NCBI GenBank assembly: GCA_016213365.1
Contig: JACRAP010000015.1
Span: 1-63,007 of the forward strand
From: Candidatus Berkelbacteria bacterium
Lineage (GTDB): Bacteria > Patescibacteriota > UBA1384 > 2-12-FULL-50-11
DNA: 63,007 bases
Direction: 5' to 3'
The translations under genes were made by a program, and so were the position numbers. Under the pieces are notes generated by a model. The model was not told the DNA's origin, made no database searches, and saw only the letters and a program-made list of their open reading frames with translations. Shown in pieces: positions 31,332-40,932 of this stretch. The first letter of the stretch is position 1. Each line of letters starts with the position of its first letter.

Positions 31332-32945
31332 ATGCTAACAGATACAATCAAATCTAGAACGTATCCTAAAAGCGCTGGAATATATATTTTTAAAAATAGT
31401 TCGGGCGATATTTTATATGTAGGAAAAGCTAAGAACCTGCAAAGTCGGGTTAATAGTTACTTTCGACCAGTAAAAGATTTACAAATCGAGCGTCCGTGGA
31501 TCGCGGTAATGGTGACAGAGGCAAAAAGTATCGAAACAATTACTGTAAAAAACGAAACTGAAGCACTACTATTAGAGTCAACTTTAATAAAAGAGCACGA
31601 GCCAAAATATAATATTCGCCTAACTGACGATAAGACTTTCCCTTATATTAAGGCGTATTTAAACGAACCGATTCCTAGAATTTCGATAAGTCGCAAACAA
31701 AGCCGGGACAAGGCAAAGTATTTTGGACCGTTTTTAAACGGACGAATCGCAAATAACTTAATTGAGCTATCAAGAATTTTTTACGGCGTCCATTTTTCAA
31801 ATAAAAAAATAACCCCAAGCGACCGTGCTTGTTTACAATGTCAGATGTACGGGTTTACTTGTCCGCAAGTTAACTTAGAAAGAGAATATTTGACTAGATT
31901 CAGCCAAGCTCTGGATTTCTTAAAGGGAGATCATAAAAATTTGCACACATTATTACAACAAAAAATGGATTTAGCGTCGAAAAACAATCAATTTGAGTTA
32001 GCGGCTAAGTTGCGCGATCAATTAACGAGTTTAAATAACGCCAGCGTTGACCAAAACGTAATTTCAACCAATTTAGATAGTTATGATGTTGTAACTGTTC
32101 AAATTGCGGATAATACTGCCACCGTTGGGTTAAATTCGGTTATCGAAGGACGGCTTACATCGCGGCAGAATTTTTTCTTCCACAGTAAAGTTATCGACCA
32201 AAGTGAGGTTATTAATCGATTCTTAGTCGATTATTATCGCTTCAAAACACCGTTACCTAAGCTTCTTTTAGTTAATATCGCGCCTGCAGAAGATGTAATT
32301 GATTTACTTAATTTGGAACAAAACATCGTTATAAAAGTACCGAAACGCGGCGAAAAACTTGCGTTATATCAGCTTTGTCTTACAGACACCCAAAATCAGT
32401 TAGAGCTGTACCTGCTTAAAAGAAGTAGAGATGCGAAATTATTAATTAGTCTTAAAGAGATGCTAAGTCTTGATTTTGTTCCAACAACTATCGAGGCGGT
32501 TGATATTTCAAATCTGGGCGAGAGCGAACCGGTTGGTGCGATCGTAAGCTTTTACAGAGGCAAGTCCGACAAAAATTATTATCGAAAATATAAAATTAAA
32601 ACTGTAAGCGGCCAGAACGATTTTGCGATGATTAAAGAAGTAGTTAAACGACGCTTCAACGACACTGATAGACCTGTTCCGGATATTTTTATGGTAGACG
32701 GCGGGCCTGTTCAGCTAGATTTTGCTTTAAAGGGGCTCGCGGAAGCTAAAACAAAACCAAAAATAATTATCAGTCTTGCCAAAAAACCTGATCGAATTTT
32801 TTTACCGAATAAAAAAAGACCGCTAGCAGTAAGTAAGAGGGAGCTTGGGCTGCGTTTACTTTCGCAAATTCGCGACGAAGTTCACCGTTTTGTGATTAGT
32901 TTTCAGCGAAAACGCCAAGCCAAAAAATCGCTTCAGAATACTTGA
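31332..32945 (+). CDS. uvrC: excinuclease ABC subunit C, lacking the C-terminal (HhH)2 domain
   Basis: GIY-YIG motifs GIYIFKN..ILYVGKAKNL, a UVR motif FELAAKLRDQ and an RNase H-like domain. The protein ends about 25 aa after RDEVHRF. Confidence 0.9.
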   Translation: MLTDTIKSRTYPKSAGIYIFKNSSGDILYVGKAKNLQSRVNSYFRPVKDLQIERPWIAVMVTEAKSIETITVKNETEALLLESTLIKEHEPKYNIRLTDDKTFPYIKAYLNEPIPRISISRKQSRDKAKYFGPFLNGRIANNLIELSRIFYGVHFSNKKITPSDRACLQCQMYGFTCPQVNLEREYLTRFSQALDFLKGDHKNLHTLLQQKMDLASKNNQFELAAKLRDQLTSLNNASVDQNVISTNLDSYDVVTVQIADNTATVGLNSVIEGRLTSRQNFFFHSKVIDQSEVINRFLVDYYRFKTPLPKLLLVNIAPAEDVIDLLNLEQNIVIKVPKRGEKLALYQLCLTDTQNQLELYLLKRSRDAKLLISLKEMLSLDFVPTTIEAVDISNLGESEPVGAIVSFYRGKSDKNYYRKYKIKTVSGQNDFAMIKEVVKRRFNDTDRPVPDIFMVDGGPVQLDFALKGLAEAKTKPKIIISLAKKPDRIFLPNKKRPLAVSKRELGLRLLSQIRDEVHRFVISFQRKRQAKKSLQNT

Positions 32946-32946
32946 C

Positions 32947-33777
32947 TTACTTTCTAAGTCCTTTTAATATCTCAATATTTTTTAAATCCGGACCTTTATC
33001 TTCAAAACCTGGGACTTCCAAGTATCCAGCCGTATTTTCCCATCTCTTGTCGTTCATTAAATACCCGAATACATCAGTACCGATTTTGCCTTCGCCGATA
33101 TTTTCATGCCGATCGCGTTTTTCACCTAAACCAAATTTAGAGTCGTTTAAGTGCCAACAAAAAACTCTTTCCAGACCGATAATTTTATCGACTTGCTTAA
33201 TATATTCTTCGTAACTGTTTTTTGTAGAGATGTCGTAACCTGATGCAAAAGCGTGGCAGGTATCCAAACATACTCCGACCCTGCTTTTATCGCTAGAATT
33301 ATTTACGAGCCAAGCTAAATCTTCAAGCTTGCCGCCGATTGTTGAGCCAGCAGAGTTTTCATAAATTAACATTGAGTGCGCCGGAGTGTTTTCAAGCACC
33401 GCTTTAATTACTTCCTTAATTTGCTCAGCGTTTTTTTTTATTCCGCCGTTATAAGTTCCGGGGTGAAAAACCGTTCCAACAACTCCAATTTTGGGCGCAA
33501 GTGTCAGTGTTTCGATGAGCGCCGTTTTTGTTTTTTCTAAATTTTCTGCCGATGCGCCCGCTAAATTTGTTAAATAAATACCATGAAAGACAACTTGCTT
33601 ATATTTTTTTTGCCAACTTTTTTTAAACTCTGCGCACTCTTCGTCGCTCCAGCCCCTAATTTTCCACTGCAGAGGCGCTGATGGAAAAATTTGTAGCGCC
33701 TCGGCCTGAATTTCTTCGCCGACTTTTAGCGCAGTTTTTAAACCGCCAGCGGTGGGAACGTGCGCGCCGATTATCAT
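32947..33777 (-). CDS. nfo: endonuclease IV
   Basis: 276 aa. MIIGAHV..GG.. TIM-barrel AP endonuclease pattern, with HLNDSK. Confidence 0.88.
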   Translation of the reverse strand: MIIGAHVPTAGGLKTALKVGEEIQAEALQIFPSAPLQWKIRGWSDEECAEFKKSWQKKYKQVVFHGIYLTNLAGASAENLEKTKTALIETLTLAPKIGVVGTVFHPGTYNGGIKKNAEQIKEVIKAVLENTPAHSMLIYENSAGSTIGGKLEDLAWLVNNSSDKSRVGVCLDTCHAFASGYDISTKNSYEEYIKQVDKIIGLERVFCWHLNDSKFGLGEKRDRHENIGEGKIGTDVFGYLMNDKRWENTAGYLEVPGFEDKGPDLKNIEILKGLRK

Positions 33778-34370
33778 TACAATTTATCTATACCGGTTTT
33801 AACGACGATCTCTTCGACGGCCTGCCAATTAAGATTATTCATAAAGGCACCGATGTATTCTTTTCTGTTTGTAGCAAAATCAAGATAATAGGCGTGTTCG
33901 TAAGTATCGAGTGAAATTAACGGCGTACAGTGCCAAACTGGGTAAGAATTCTGACTATCGCCCAAATAGTTAAAGAGTTTATTTGTTTGCCAGTCGTAAG
34001 CCAGCCACGCCCAGCCACGCGCTGATATACCGGTAGCAGTAAAATCATCTAACCATTGTTGATACGAACCAAAATCACGCTCGATCAGTTCAAGCAATTT
34101 ACCGCTTGGCATTCCGCCGTTACCACCCAAAATTTCAAAGTAGTGTTCGTGATTTTTAACACCGCCAACTGCAAATGAGTACTCTAATTTTAATTCTCTA
34201 AAATCACTGTAACTTTGGTTGGCCTGCGATAAATCGACGCTCTTTAGCTTTTCTTCGATCTCATTAACTTTTTTTACATACCCCTCGTAAAGCTTATAGT
34301 GTTCGGTCATAGTTCGCTCGCTAATTCCGCTTAGCTCTTTAATCGAATCAAACTTTTTTGGCTCTAACAT
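33777..34370 (-). CDS. sodA: Fe/Mn superoxide dismutase family protein (divergent N-terminal motif)
   Basis: 197 aa with WAWLAYD and LDTYEHAYYLDF (Asp/His ligands). The N-terminal HYKLYEGYV replaces the usual HHxKHH. Confidence 0.8.
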   Translation of the reverse strand: MLEPKKFDSIKELSGISERTMTEHYKLYEGYVKKVNEIEEKLKSVDLSQANQSYSDFRELKLEYSFAVGGVKNHEHYFEILGGNGGMPSGKLLELIERDFGSYQQWLDDFTATGISARGWAWLAYDWQTNKLFNYLGDSQNSYPVWHCTPLISLDTYEHAYYLDFATNRKEYIGAFMNNLNWQAVEEIVVKTGIDKL

Positions 34371-35492
34371 TTACCCCCTTTGAATCTTTTTGATTGCCTC
34401 AATAATAGCGTTAATATCCTCTTTTTGCGAATATTTTCCAAGAGTAATTCTTATAGTTTTATTTATTTGGTCGCTCTTTAATCCGATTGAATTTAATACG
34501 TGCGACTCTGTTTGTGATTTTTGACTACAGGCAGAACCAGAGGAAACGTAAACCCCTAACTCGCTTAAGCTTTGGACTAAATCGGTTGAATCGGTATTTT
34601 CAATTATTACCGAGATGTGATTGGGCAGTTTATGTGGTGTTTCGGCATTAATTTTTACGCCCATATCCTTGAGCTCGTTCACTAACTTCTTGTTTAGATC
34701 GCTAATAATTTTTGTATAGTCACCATGTTCGCTCTTGGCAATTTGACAGGCCTTGGCAAGGCCACAAACAGCAGCTAAATTCTCCGTTCCGCTTCGAAGC
34801 GACTTTTCTTGTCCGCCGCCGTAAATTATCGGGAAAATATTGATTCCTTCTTTTACGTATAGCGCGCTAACACCTTTTGGACCGTACATTTTAGAGCCGT
34901 TAAAGATTAACAAATCCGCCCCTAAATCGTTAATGTTTAGCGGCAAGTATGCGGCACTTTGGCAGGCATCAACAACAACTAAAATACCTCTTTCGTGACA
35001 AATTTCACTTATTGCTTTTACATCGGCTAGCGTACCAATCTCACTATTTCCGTACGCTAACACAAACATTAATGTGTCGTTTGTAATTGATTTTTTAAGA
35101 TCTAAAACCGAAATAAAACCGAAACTATCCACATCTAAATATGTTATGTTGTAGCCGCTCTTTTCAAGCGATAAACAGGTATTTTTAACGGCTGGGTGTT
35201 CGATTTTGGTAGTAATAATATGTTTTTTGGTACTTGCCTTAGCAGTGCCCAAAATCGCTAAATTAATCGCTTCGCTACCGCTGGAGCAAAAATATATTTC
35301 ATCTGATTTTGCCCCTATAAAATCCGCAACCGTTTGGCGTGAGTTACTTAACATTTCAGCGGAATTTTTACCTAAAGCATGCGCACTTGAAGGATTAGCG
35401 AAAAAATTATTAGCTGTTTCACTAATAACTCTTAAAACTCGCTCGTCGGTTTGAGTACTAGCCGCGTTATCGGCATAAACAAATTTCATCAC
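34371..35492 (-). CDS. cysteine desulfurase (NifS/IscS class V aminotransferase)
   Basis: 373 aa with SGSEAINLA, the PLP-Lys region NGSKMYGPKG and SSGSACS (catalytic Cys). Confidence 0.85.
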   Translation of the reverse strand: MMKFVYADNAASTQTDERVLRVISETANNFFANPSSAHALGKNSAEMLSNSRQTVADFIGAKSDEIYFCSSGSEAINLAILGTAKASTKKHIITTKIEHPAVKNTCLSLEKSGYNITYLDVDSFGFISVLDLKKSITNDTLMFVLAYGNSEIGTLADVKAISEICHERGILVVVDACQSAAYLPLNINDLGADLLIFNGSKMYGPKGVSALYVKEGINIFPIIYGGGQEKSLRSGTENLAAVCGLAKACQIAKSEHGDYTKIISDLNKKLVNELKDMGVKINAETPHKLPNHISVIIENTDSTDLVQSLSELGVYVSSGSACSQKSQTESHVLNSIGLKSDQINKTIRITLGKYSQKEDINAIIEAIKKIQRG

Positions 35493-35526
35493 TGCAAATT
35501 ATACTTTTTTTAGCTTTAAAATTCAA

Positions 35527-36219
35527 TTATTCAGTAGTGGTTAAAACCATTGTTTCAACTTGACCACGAAGCAAATTCTGATATCTGACTGCATCTGCGG
35601 AGCTACCCAAGAGCTTGCCAAAGTGCATCGGGATGACGATGTCAGGTTGTATCGCTTTTGCTGCTTCAAGCGCTTCTTGCAGAGTCATTACAAAAGTACC
35701 GGAGATTGGTAAGAAAGCGACGTCGATCTTTTTCAACTCTTTAATCTCTTCAATAAAATCGGTATCGCCGGCGTGATAAAACCGTACGTTTTTGCCTGAA
35801 CTTGATGCGATTTCAACGATAAATCCCAAACCGCCCAAACTTCTGGGATGAAATACCTCTGAAGGGGTGCGAAATTTATTAATGTTATACGCTGGGATCG
35901 CCCAAAAAGTGAGGGCTCCAAAGGTTTGCTTTTCAACGCCATCTGTTATTACTACTGCATCATTAAATTCCTCTAGTTCGTCGCGGCAATTTTCGGGTGC
36001 AATTATTTTGGTTTTTTCGCTCATTAACTTCTTAATTGAAGCGGGATCACAGTGATCGAAATGGTGATGCGACACAAACACAAAATCAACGGTCTTTTCT
36101 ATTTCTTGCAGGTCATACGGATCAAACGCAAAAGATAGATTCAAATCTGGAAATTCAATTAAAAATCCAGCGTGTCCAAGGGCGGTAATAATACTGTTTT
36201 TATATTGTCCGGTTCTCAT
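35527..36219 (-). CDS. MBL-fold metallo-hydrolase
   Basis: Contains HHHFDHCD. The likely start ATG 36219 overlaps the gap stop as ATGA. Confidence 0.8.
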   Translation of the reverse strand: MRTGQYKNSIITALGHAGFLIEFPDLNLSFAFDPYDLQEIEKTVDFVFVSHHHFDHCDPASIKKLMSEKTKIIAPENCRDELEEFNDAVVITDGVEKQTFGALTFWAIPAYNINKFRTPSEVFHPRSLGGLGFIVEIASSSGKNVRFYHAGDTDFIEEIKELKKIDVAFLPISGTFVMTLQEALEAAKAIQPDIVIPMHFGKLLGSSADAVRYQNLLRGQVETMVLTTTE

Positions 36220-37199
36220 TTTCTTAACGCTAATTCTACTAATCGGCTTGAGTAACCAAATTCGTTGTCGTACCATGCCACTACTTTTACCATATTACCG
36301 CCAACAACTTGAGTGAGTTTTAAGTCGACGATCGCTGAAGCGCTATTGCCGATAAAATCAGTTGAAACTAACTCTTCTTCTGTGAAGTCCAAAATACCCT
36401 TGTAATGTGGTTGTGTGCTCGCTTCTTTTAATACCTCATTTACTTCTTCAACAGTTGTCTGTTTTTTTACTAAAAACGTAAAATCGCTAAGCGAGACTAC
36501 CGAAGTTGGGACACGAATTGCTAAACCGTCGAACAGCCCTTTCAATTCAGGGATTACTTCCGTAGCAGAAACGGCGGCGCCGGTCGTGGTGGGAACGATG
36601 TTTATACCAGCACTTCTAGCTCTGCGTAAATCTTTATGCGGACCGTCTTGTAAATTTTGATCGGCGGTGTAGGAGTGAATCGTTGTCATCATCGCTTTTT
36701 CGATACCGAAATAATACTGAATTACCGCCGCAATTGGTGTAACGCAGTTGGTTGTGCACGAAGCGTTACTAATAATTTCCTTACCGTTTGCCTGTTCCGG
36801 ATTTACGCCCAAGACTACGGTCTGCGCAGGACCTTTTGGCGGCGCAGAAATAATCACTTGTTTGGCGCCGGCTTTAATGTGTAATTTCGCGTCATCTGGA
36901 TTGGTAAAATGTCCAGTGCATTCCAGTACAACATCGATCTCTAAATCGTGCCACGGCAATTTAAGCGGATCTTTCTCGGCAAATGCGGGGATTTTTCGAT
37001 CATTAATGATAATATGATCACTATCAAAACCGACTTTGTACTTAAATCGACCGTAATTACTATCGTGTGCCAACAAGTGCGCTAAGGTTTTATTGTCAGT
37101 TAAGTCGTTGATTGCCACTAAAGATTGTGGTGATTTCTCGGTTAAAATTCTCGCGGCAGTTCTGCCGATTCTACCAAATCCATTAATTGCGATATTCAT
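36216..37199 (-). CDS. gap: glyceraldehyde-3-phosphate dehydrogenase
   Basis: 327 aa with INGFGRIGR and SCTTNC (catalytic Cys). It ends in TGA. Confidence 0.96.
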   Translation of the reverse strand: MNIAINGFGRIGRTAARILTEKSPQSLVAINDLTDNKTLAHLLAHDSNYGRFKYKVGFDSDHIIINDRKIPAFAEKDPLKLPWHDLEIDVVLECTGHFTNPDDAKLHIKAGAKQVIISAPPKGPAQTVVLGVNPEQANGKEIISNASCTTNCVTPIAAVIQYYFGIEKAMMTTIHSYTADQNLQDGPHKDLRRARSAGINIVPTTTGAAVSATEVIPELKGLFDGLAIRVPTSVVSLSDFTFLVKKQTTVEEVNEVLKEASTQPHYKGILDFTEEELVSTDFIGNSASAIVDLKLTQVVGGNMVKVVAWYDNEFGYSSRLVELALRK

Positions 37200-37211
37200 A
37201 CTTCCAGCTTA

Positions 37212-38054
37212 CTACCCTTTGTTACTACTGCCAAATAAGCGCATATCCTTTACGACAATTTCCCTTACCGCGTCGATCGTTTCGCTAAGCTGATCGCGCG
37301 GATCGATTGATTCTAGCTCTTGATAAACCTCACCCAAAGACTCGCTAAAAGCTATTCGGAGCTCTGTGTCGATATTAATTTTACTAACTCCCAACTCGAT
37401 CGCTTTTTTAATTAAATTAGGCGGCGTTGCAGAAGCGCCGTGTAATACTAGCGGTATATCCACGGCCTTATTAATTTGACTTAAAAGTTCTAAGTCGAAT
37501 TGCTCGTGTTGTTCGGCTTTGCCGTGTCGATTACCAATTGAAACCGCAAAACAATCAATTCCGGTTTCTTTACAAAAAATATATGCGCGTTTCGGGTCGG
37601 TAAAATGCGGATGTTTACCGTTAATAAAGTCTTCTTTACCGCCGATCACATCTTCTTCTGCCTCAACACTTACTTTGTGGCGATGGGCAAATTCCACAAA
37701 CTTTTTTACAGTTGGAATGCGTTCGTTTAACGTCATTGAGGATACGTCTAGCATTACCGAGCTAAACCCTATTTCAATTGCCTTGTAAGCAAGCTCGATG
37801 TTTTTACCATGATCTAAGTGCAAAACAACTGGTAGTGTAGTCCTTGCGGCAAGGGTATGACCGATTGCAGCGGTTAAATCAAGGCCGAAGTAGTTAATGG
37901 TTTTTTCGCTTGCTTGCAAAATTATTGGCGAACTCTCCTGTTCTCCTGCTTGCATAATTGCTAGCGCAGTTTCGATAGCGGTAATATTAAAAGCACCGAT
38001 AGCGTACTTATTTTTATAAGCAGATTGTAATATTTTACTTAAATTAACTAGCAT
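37212..38054 (-). CDS. fba: class II fructose-bisphosphate aldolase
   Basis: 280 aa with LHLDHG, GNRHG and LVLHGAS. Confidence 0.9.
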   Translation of the reverse strand: MLVNLSKILQSAYKNKYAIGAFNITAIETALAIMQAGEQESSPIILQASEKTINYFGLDLTAAIGHTLAARTTLPVVLHLDHGKNIELAYKAIEIGFSSVMLDVSSMTLNERIPTVKKFVEFAHRHKVSVEAEEDVIGGKEDFINGKHPHFTDPKRAYIFCKETGIDCFAVSIGNRHGKAEQHEQFDLELLSQINKAVDIPLVLHGASATPPNLIKKAIELGVSKINIDTELRIAFSESLGEVYQELESIDPRDQLSETIDAVREIVVKDMRLFGSSNKG

Positions 38055-39030
38055 TTTTTAATTTATGGGCGCGTTTTACAGCCGCGATAATATCGTCCAC
38101 ACCCATACCATAATGATCCATTAATAAGTTTGGCTCGCCGCTTTCGCCGAACCTATCGAGCATTCCAACCCTGATAATTGGCGTTGGAACGCTTTCGCTT
38201 AACACTTCAGCAACCGCAGAGCCCAGTCCGCCGGTAATTTGATGCTCTTCGGCAGTAACGATCGCTCCTGTATTTTTTGCCACATCAATAATTAACTCTT
38301 TATCGATCGGCTTTATTGATGGCATATTTATTAAGCCAACCGATAAACTGCCGTTTAATTTTTCAATTGCGTTTAAAGAGCGAGCAAGCATCGCTCCGCA
38401 AGCAATAATTGTTACGTCTGTACCGTGTAAAATCTCAAAACCCTTTCCAATCTTAAACGGTGACGAATTAACAGTTAATTGTGATGTTTTCTCACGGCCA
38501 AATCTGATATATACCGGACCGTGATGTTTTACGGCCTCAATTACTGCTTTTTGAGTTTCAATTTTGTCGGCTGGGCAGAGCACTACTAAATTTGGTAGAA
38601 CTCTGGTAATCGCCATATCTTCCAACCCTTGGTGGGTTGCGCCGTCTGCGCCAACCGAAATTCCGGCATGAGCGCCGATAATTTTTACGTTGGATTTGCT
38701 ATAACAAATACTTACCCTTATTTGATCCCAGTTTCTACCTGGGGAAAAAACTGCGTAAGAGGTTATGAACGGTATTTTGCCTGATATTGCTAATCCAGCA
38801 GCGATGCCAGCCATATTTTGCTCTGCCACTCCAACCTCAATAAAACGCTCTGGAAATTTTTTGGCAAAATCTTCTACGCGCGTACTTTCAGTTAAATCGG
38901 CACTTAAAGCAACTATGTCTTGATTGTCTTTGGCAAGCTCGACTAACGTTTCGCCAAACCCGTCGCGACAAGAAGTAAGCTCGTCTTTGTAATTACTATT
39001 AACGTCGTTAATGAATTTTAATTCAGTCAT
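38044..39030 (-). CDS. transketolase, C-terminal (pyrimidine-binding) subunit
   Basis: 328 aa with FIEVGVAEQNM and the GATHQGLED region. Confidence 0.9.
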   Translation of the reverse strand: MTELKFINDVNSNYKDELTSCRDGFGETLVELAKDNQDIVALSADLTESTRVEDFAKKFPERFIEVGVAEQNMAGIAAGLAISGKIPFITSYAVFSPGRNWDQIRVSICYSKSNVKIIGAHAGISVGADGATHQGLEDMAITRVLPNLVVLCPADKIETQKAVIEAVKHHGPVYIRFGREKTSQLTVNSSPFKIGKGFEILHGTDVTIIACGAMLARSLNAIEKLNGSLSVGLINMPSIKPIDKELIIDVAKNTGAIVTAEEHQITGGLGSAVAEVLSESVPTPIIRVGMLDRFGESGEPNLLMDHYGMGVDDIIAAVKRAHKLKNAS

Positions 39031-39868
39031 GCTCGCTTTTAATTGCGCCTTTAAGACTTCTGATTTCTTTTATTGCCGTTTGTGCTTCTTTTGAGCTTGG
39101 AGCTTTACCGTGCCAATGATAATCGTTCTCCATAAAATCTACGCCCTTGCCGGGTATGGTGTGCGCAATTATTACAGTTGGTTTTTCAAAAACTGCCCGA
39201 GCGTGACGAAGCGAGGAAATAATTTCATTAATATTGTGCCCATCCACTTCAAGCACATGCCAATTGAAGGCGCGATATTTTTCGGCTAACGGCTCAAGTG
39301 GCATCACGTCTTCGGTGTAGCCGTCGATCTGGATATTATTCCTATCTATAATAGTCGTTAAATTATGGAGCCGATTTTTTACGGCAAACATTATCGCCTC
39401 CCACAATTGCCCCTCGTTATGTTCGCCATCAGACAATATTGCGTAAGTTTGATAATCTTGATCGTTTAAATTGGCCGCAAGCGCCATACCGATCGCTTGG
39501 CTTAATCCTTGTGCGAGCGGTCCGGAAGTTGTTTCTATGCCGGGCAAACTCCCGATATGGGGATGGCCTTGCAAATTTGAGCCAAATTTTCGCAAAGTTT
39601 TTAGCTCGTTACGCCCAAAAAATCCCCGATGCGCCAAGGTTGCGTATAAAACCGGGCAGATATGACCGCACGATAGTACCAATCGGTCGCGATTAGGATT
39701 ATTCGGCTTACTTGGATCAATTTTCAAAACTTCAAAATATAGCGCCGTAAACACATCAGCCATACCAAGTGATCCGGCAGAGTGACCGCTACCGGCTTCA
39801 AGAAGCATCTCGATAATACTTTGTCTAATTTCGTTAGCTTTTATTTGCAGTTGATTAACGTTCATCAT
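39023..39868 (-). CDS. transketolase, N-terminal (TPP-binding) subunit
   Basis: 281 aa with GHSAGSLG and LSDGEHNEGQ. Confidence 0.9.
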   Translation of the reverse strand: MMNVNQLQIKANEIRQSIIEMLLEAGSGHSAGSLGMADVFTALYFEVLKIDPSKPNNPNRDRLVLSCGHICPVLYATLAHRGFFGRNELKTLRKFGSNLQGHPHIGSLPGIETTSGPLAQGLSQAIGMALAANLNDQDYQTYAILSDGEHNEGQLWEAIMFAVKNRLHNLTTIIDRNNIQIDGYTEDVMPLEPLAEKYRAFNWHVLEVDGHNINEIISSLRHARAVFEKPTVIIAHTIPGKGVDFMENDYHWHGKAPSSKEAQTAIKEIRSLKGAIKSEHD

Positions 39869-40514
39869 TTTCCCCTGCTAATCGGTTAAATGCCTCGGTT
39901 GGGTTTAATTGATTAAATATCGCCGAACTTGCCACAACAAAGTCGGCGAGAGCATTTCTGTTCAATTTAATCGTTTGGGTATTCACTCCGCCATCAACGC
40001 TAACAGTAATTCGCGACATCGTTGATTGTTTTACGTAACTAACAGCACTGTTTGTTTGAGGCAACTGCTCCTGTGCGGACGCGCCGGGGTTAACACCCAT
40101 TATTAAAATATAGCTATTTGGCTCAAGAAATTGCTTGCAGGTAAATAAATCTGTTTCCGGTTTAATCGCGTAACCTAGTAAAATATCGTGCATTCGAGCG
40201 GTGTTTCGTAGTTCGATCAAATCAAAGTCTGATTCTACGTGAACGATCGCCCGCCTAACTCCTTTTGTGGCTAATTTTTCCAAATATCCGATCGGTTCTT
40301 TTACCATCAAATGCGCTTCGCTGTAAGAAACGTTGATATTAGGCCAATCATCAATCGGTAAGCTCGAGCCAGAACAGAAATCGTTATTAATCACGTCGAT
40401 ATGAACTGCACCGATTGTTTCGGCAAAATTTAACCGCTCAACAAACTGCGTTTTATTATCGGTTAAAATCGCTGGTATTACGAAACTGGGGCTTAACGTT
40501 AATTTACCCTTCAT
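39855..40514 (-). CDS. rpe: ribulose-phosphate 3-epimerase (divergent)
   Basis: 219 aa with HIDV.N, AHLMV, MGVNPG and VDGGVN. Confidence 0.75.
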   Translation of the reverse strand: MKGKLTLSPSFVIPAILTDNKTQFVERLNFAETIGAVHIDVINNDFCSGSSLPIDDWPNINVSYSEAHLMVKEPIGYLEKLATKGVRRAIVHVESDFDLIELRNTARMHDILLGYAIKPETDLFTCKQFLEPNSYILIMGVNPGASAQEQLPQTNSAVSYVKQSTMSRITVSVDGGVNTQTIKLNRNALADFVVASSAIFNQLNPTEAFNRLAGENDER

Positions 40515-40932
40515 CGATCTGTTCTAGACGTCTTTTATAGCGCGGTTCGCGCAAAAATGTTGTCGATAAGAATGTTGAAACTACTTCCCACGCCTCGTCG
40601 TTAGAAATTAATCTACTGGGAATGCATAGAATATTTACGTCGTCCTCTTCACGCGCCCGAACAGTTACGTCTTTGTTCCAGCCGGTGAAGGCGCGAATGT
40701 GTTTATAGCGATTAGCAGCGACACACATCCCAACACCGCTACCGCAAAACAAGATCGCGCGGCCGTGATGACGTAAAACCGCTTGGGCGGATTTTTTAGC
40801 GTACTTTGGAAAATCGGTCGGCTCGTCGGAATAACTGCCGAAATCTTCAAAGGCGATATTTCTACGCGCAAGTTCGTGGGCGATATACTCTTTTTGTTCA
40901 AACCCAGCGTGATCTGATGCTAAGTAAAGCAT
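40504..40932 (-). CDS. rpiB: ribose-5-phosphate isomerase B
   Basis: 142 aa with SDHAG and CGSGVGMCVAANR. Confidence 0.9.
   Translation of the reverse strand: MLYLASDHAGFEQKEYIAHELARRNIAFEDFGSYSDEPTDFPKYAKKSAQAVLRHHGRAILFCGSGVGMCVAANRYKHIRAFTGWNKDVTVRAREEDDVNILCIPSRLISNDEAWEVVSTFLSTTFLREPRYKRRLEQIDEG

Noticed and set aside
36216-36219. Alternative genetic code (UGA=Gly or Trp, as in some CPR lineages or mycoplasmas) as an explanation for the broken genes.
   Set aside because: TGA ends gap exactly at an ATGA overlap with the next gene and also ends uvrB. TAA and TAG end many full-length conserved genes. Conserved proteins show no in-frame TGA.
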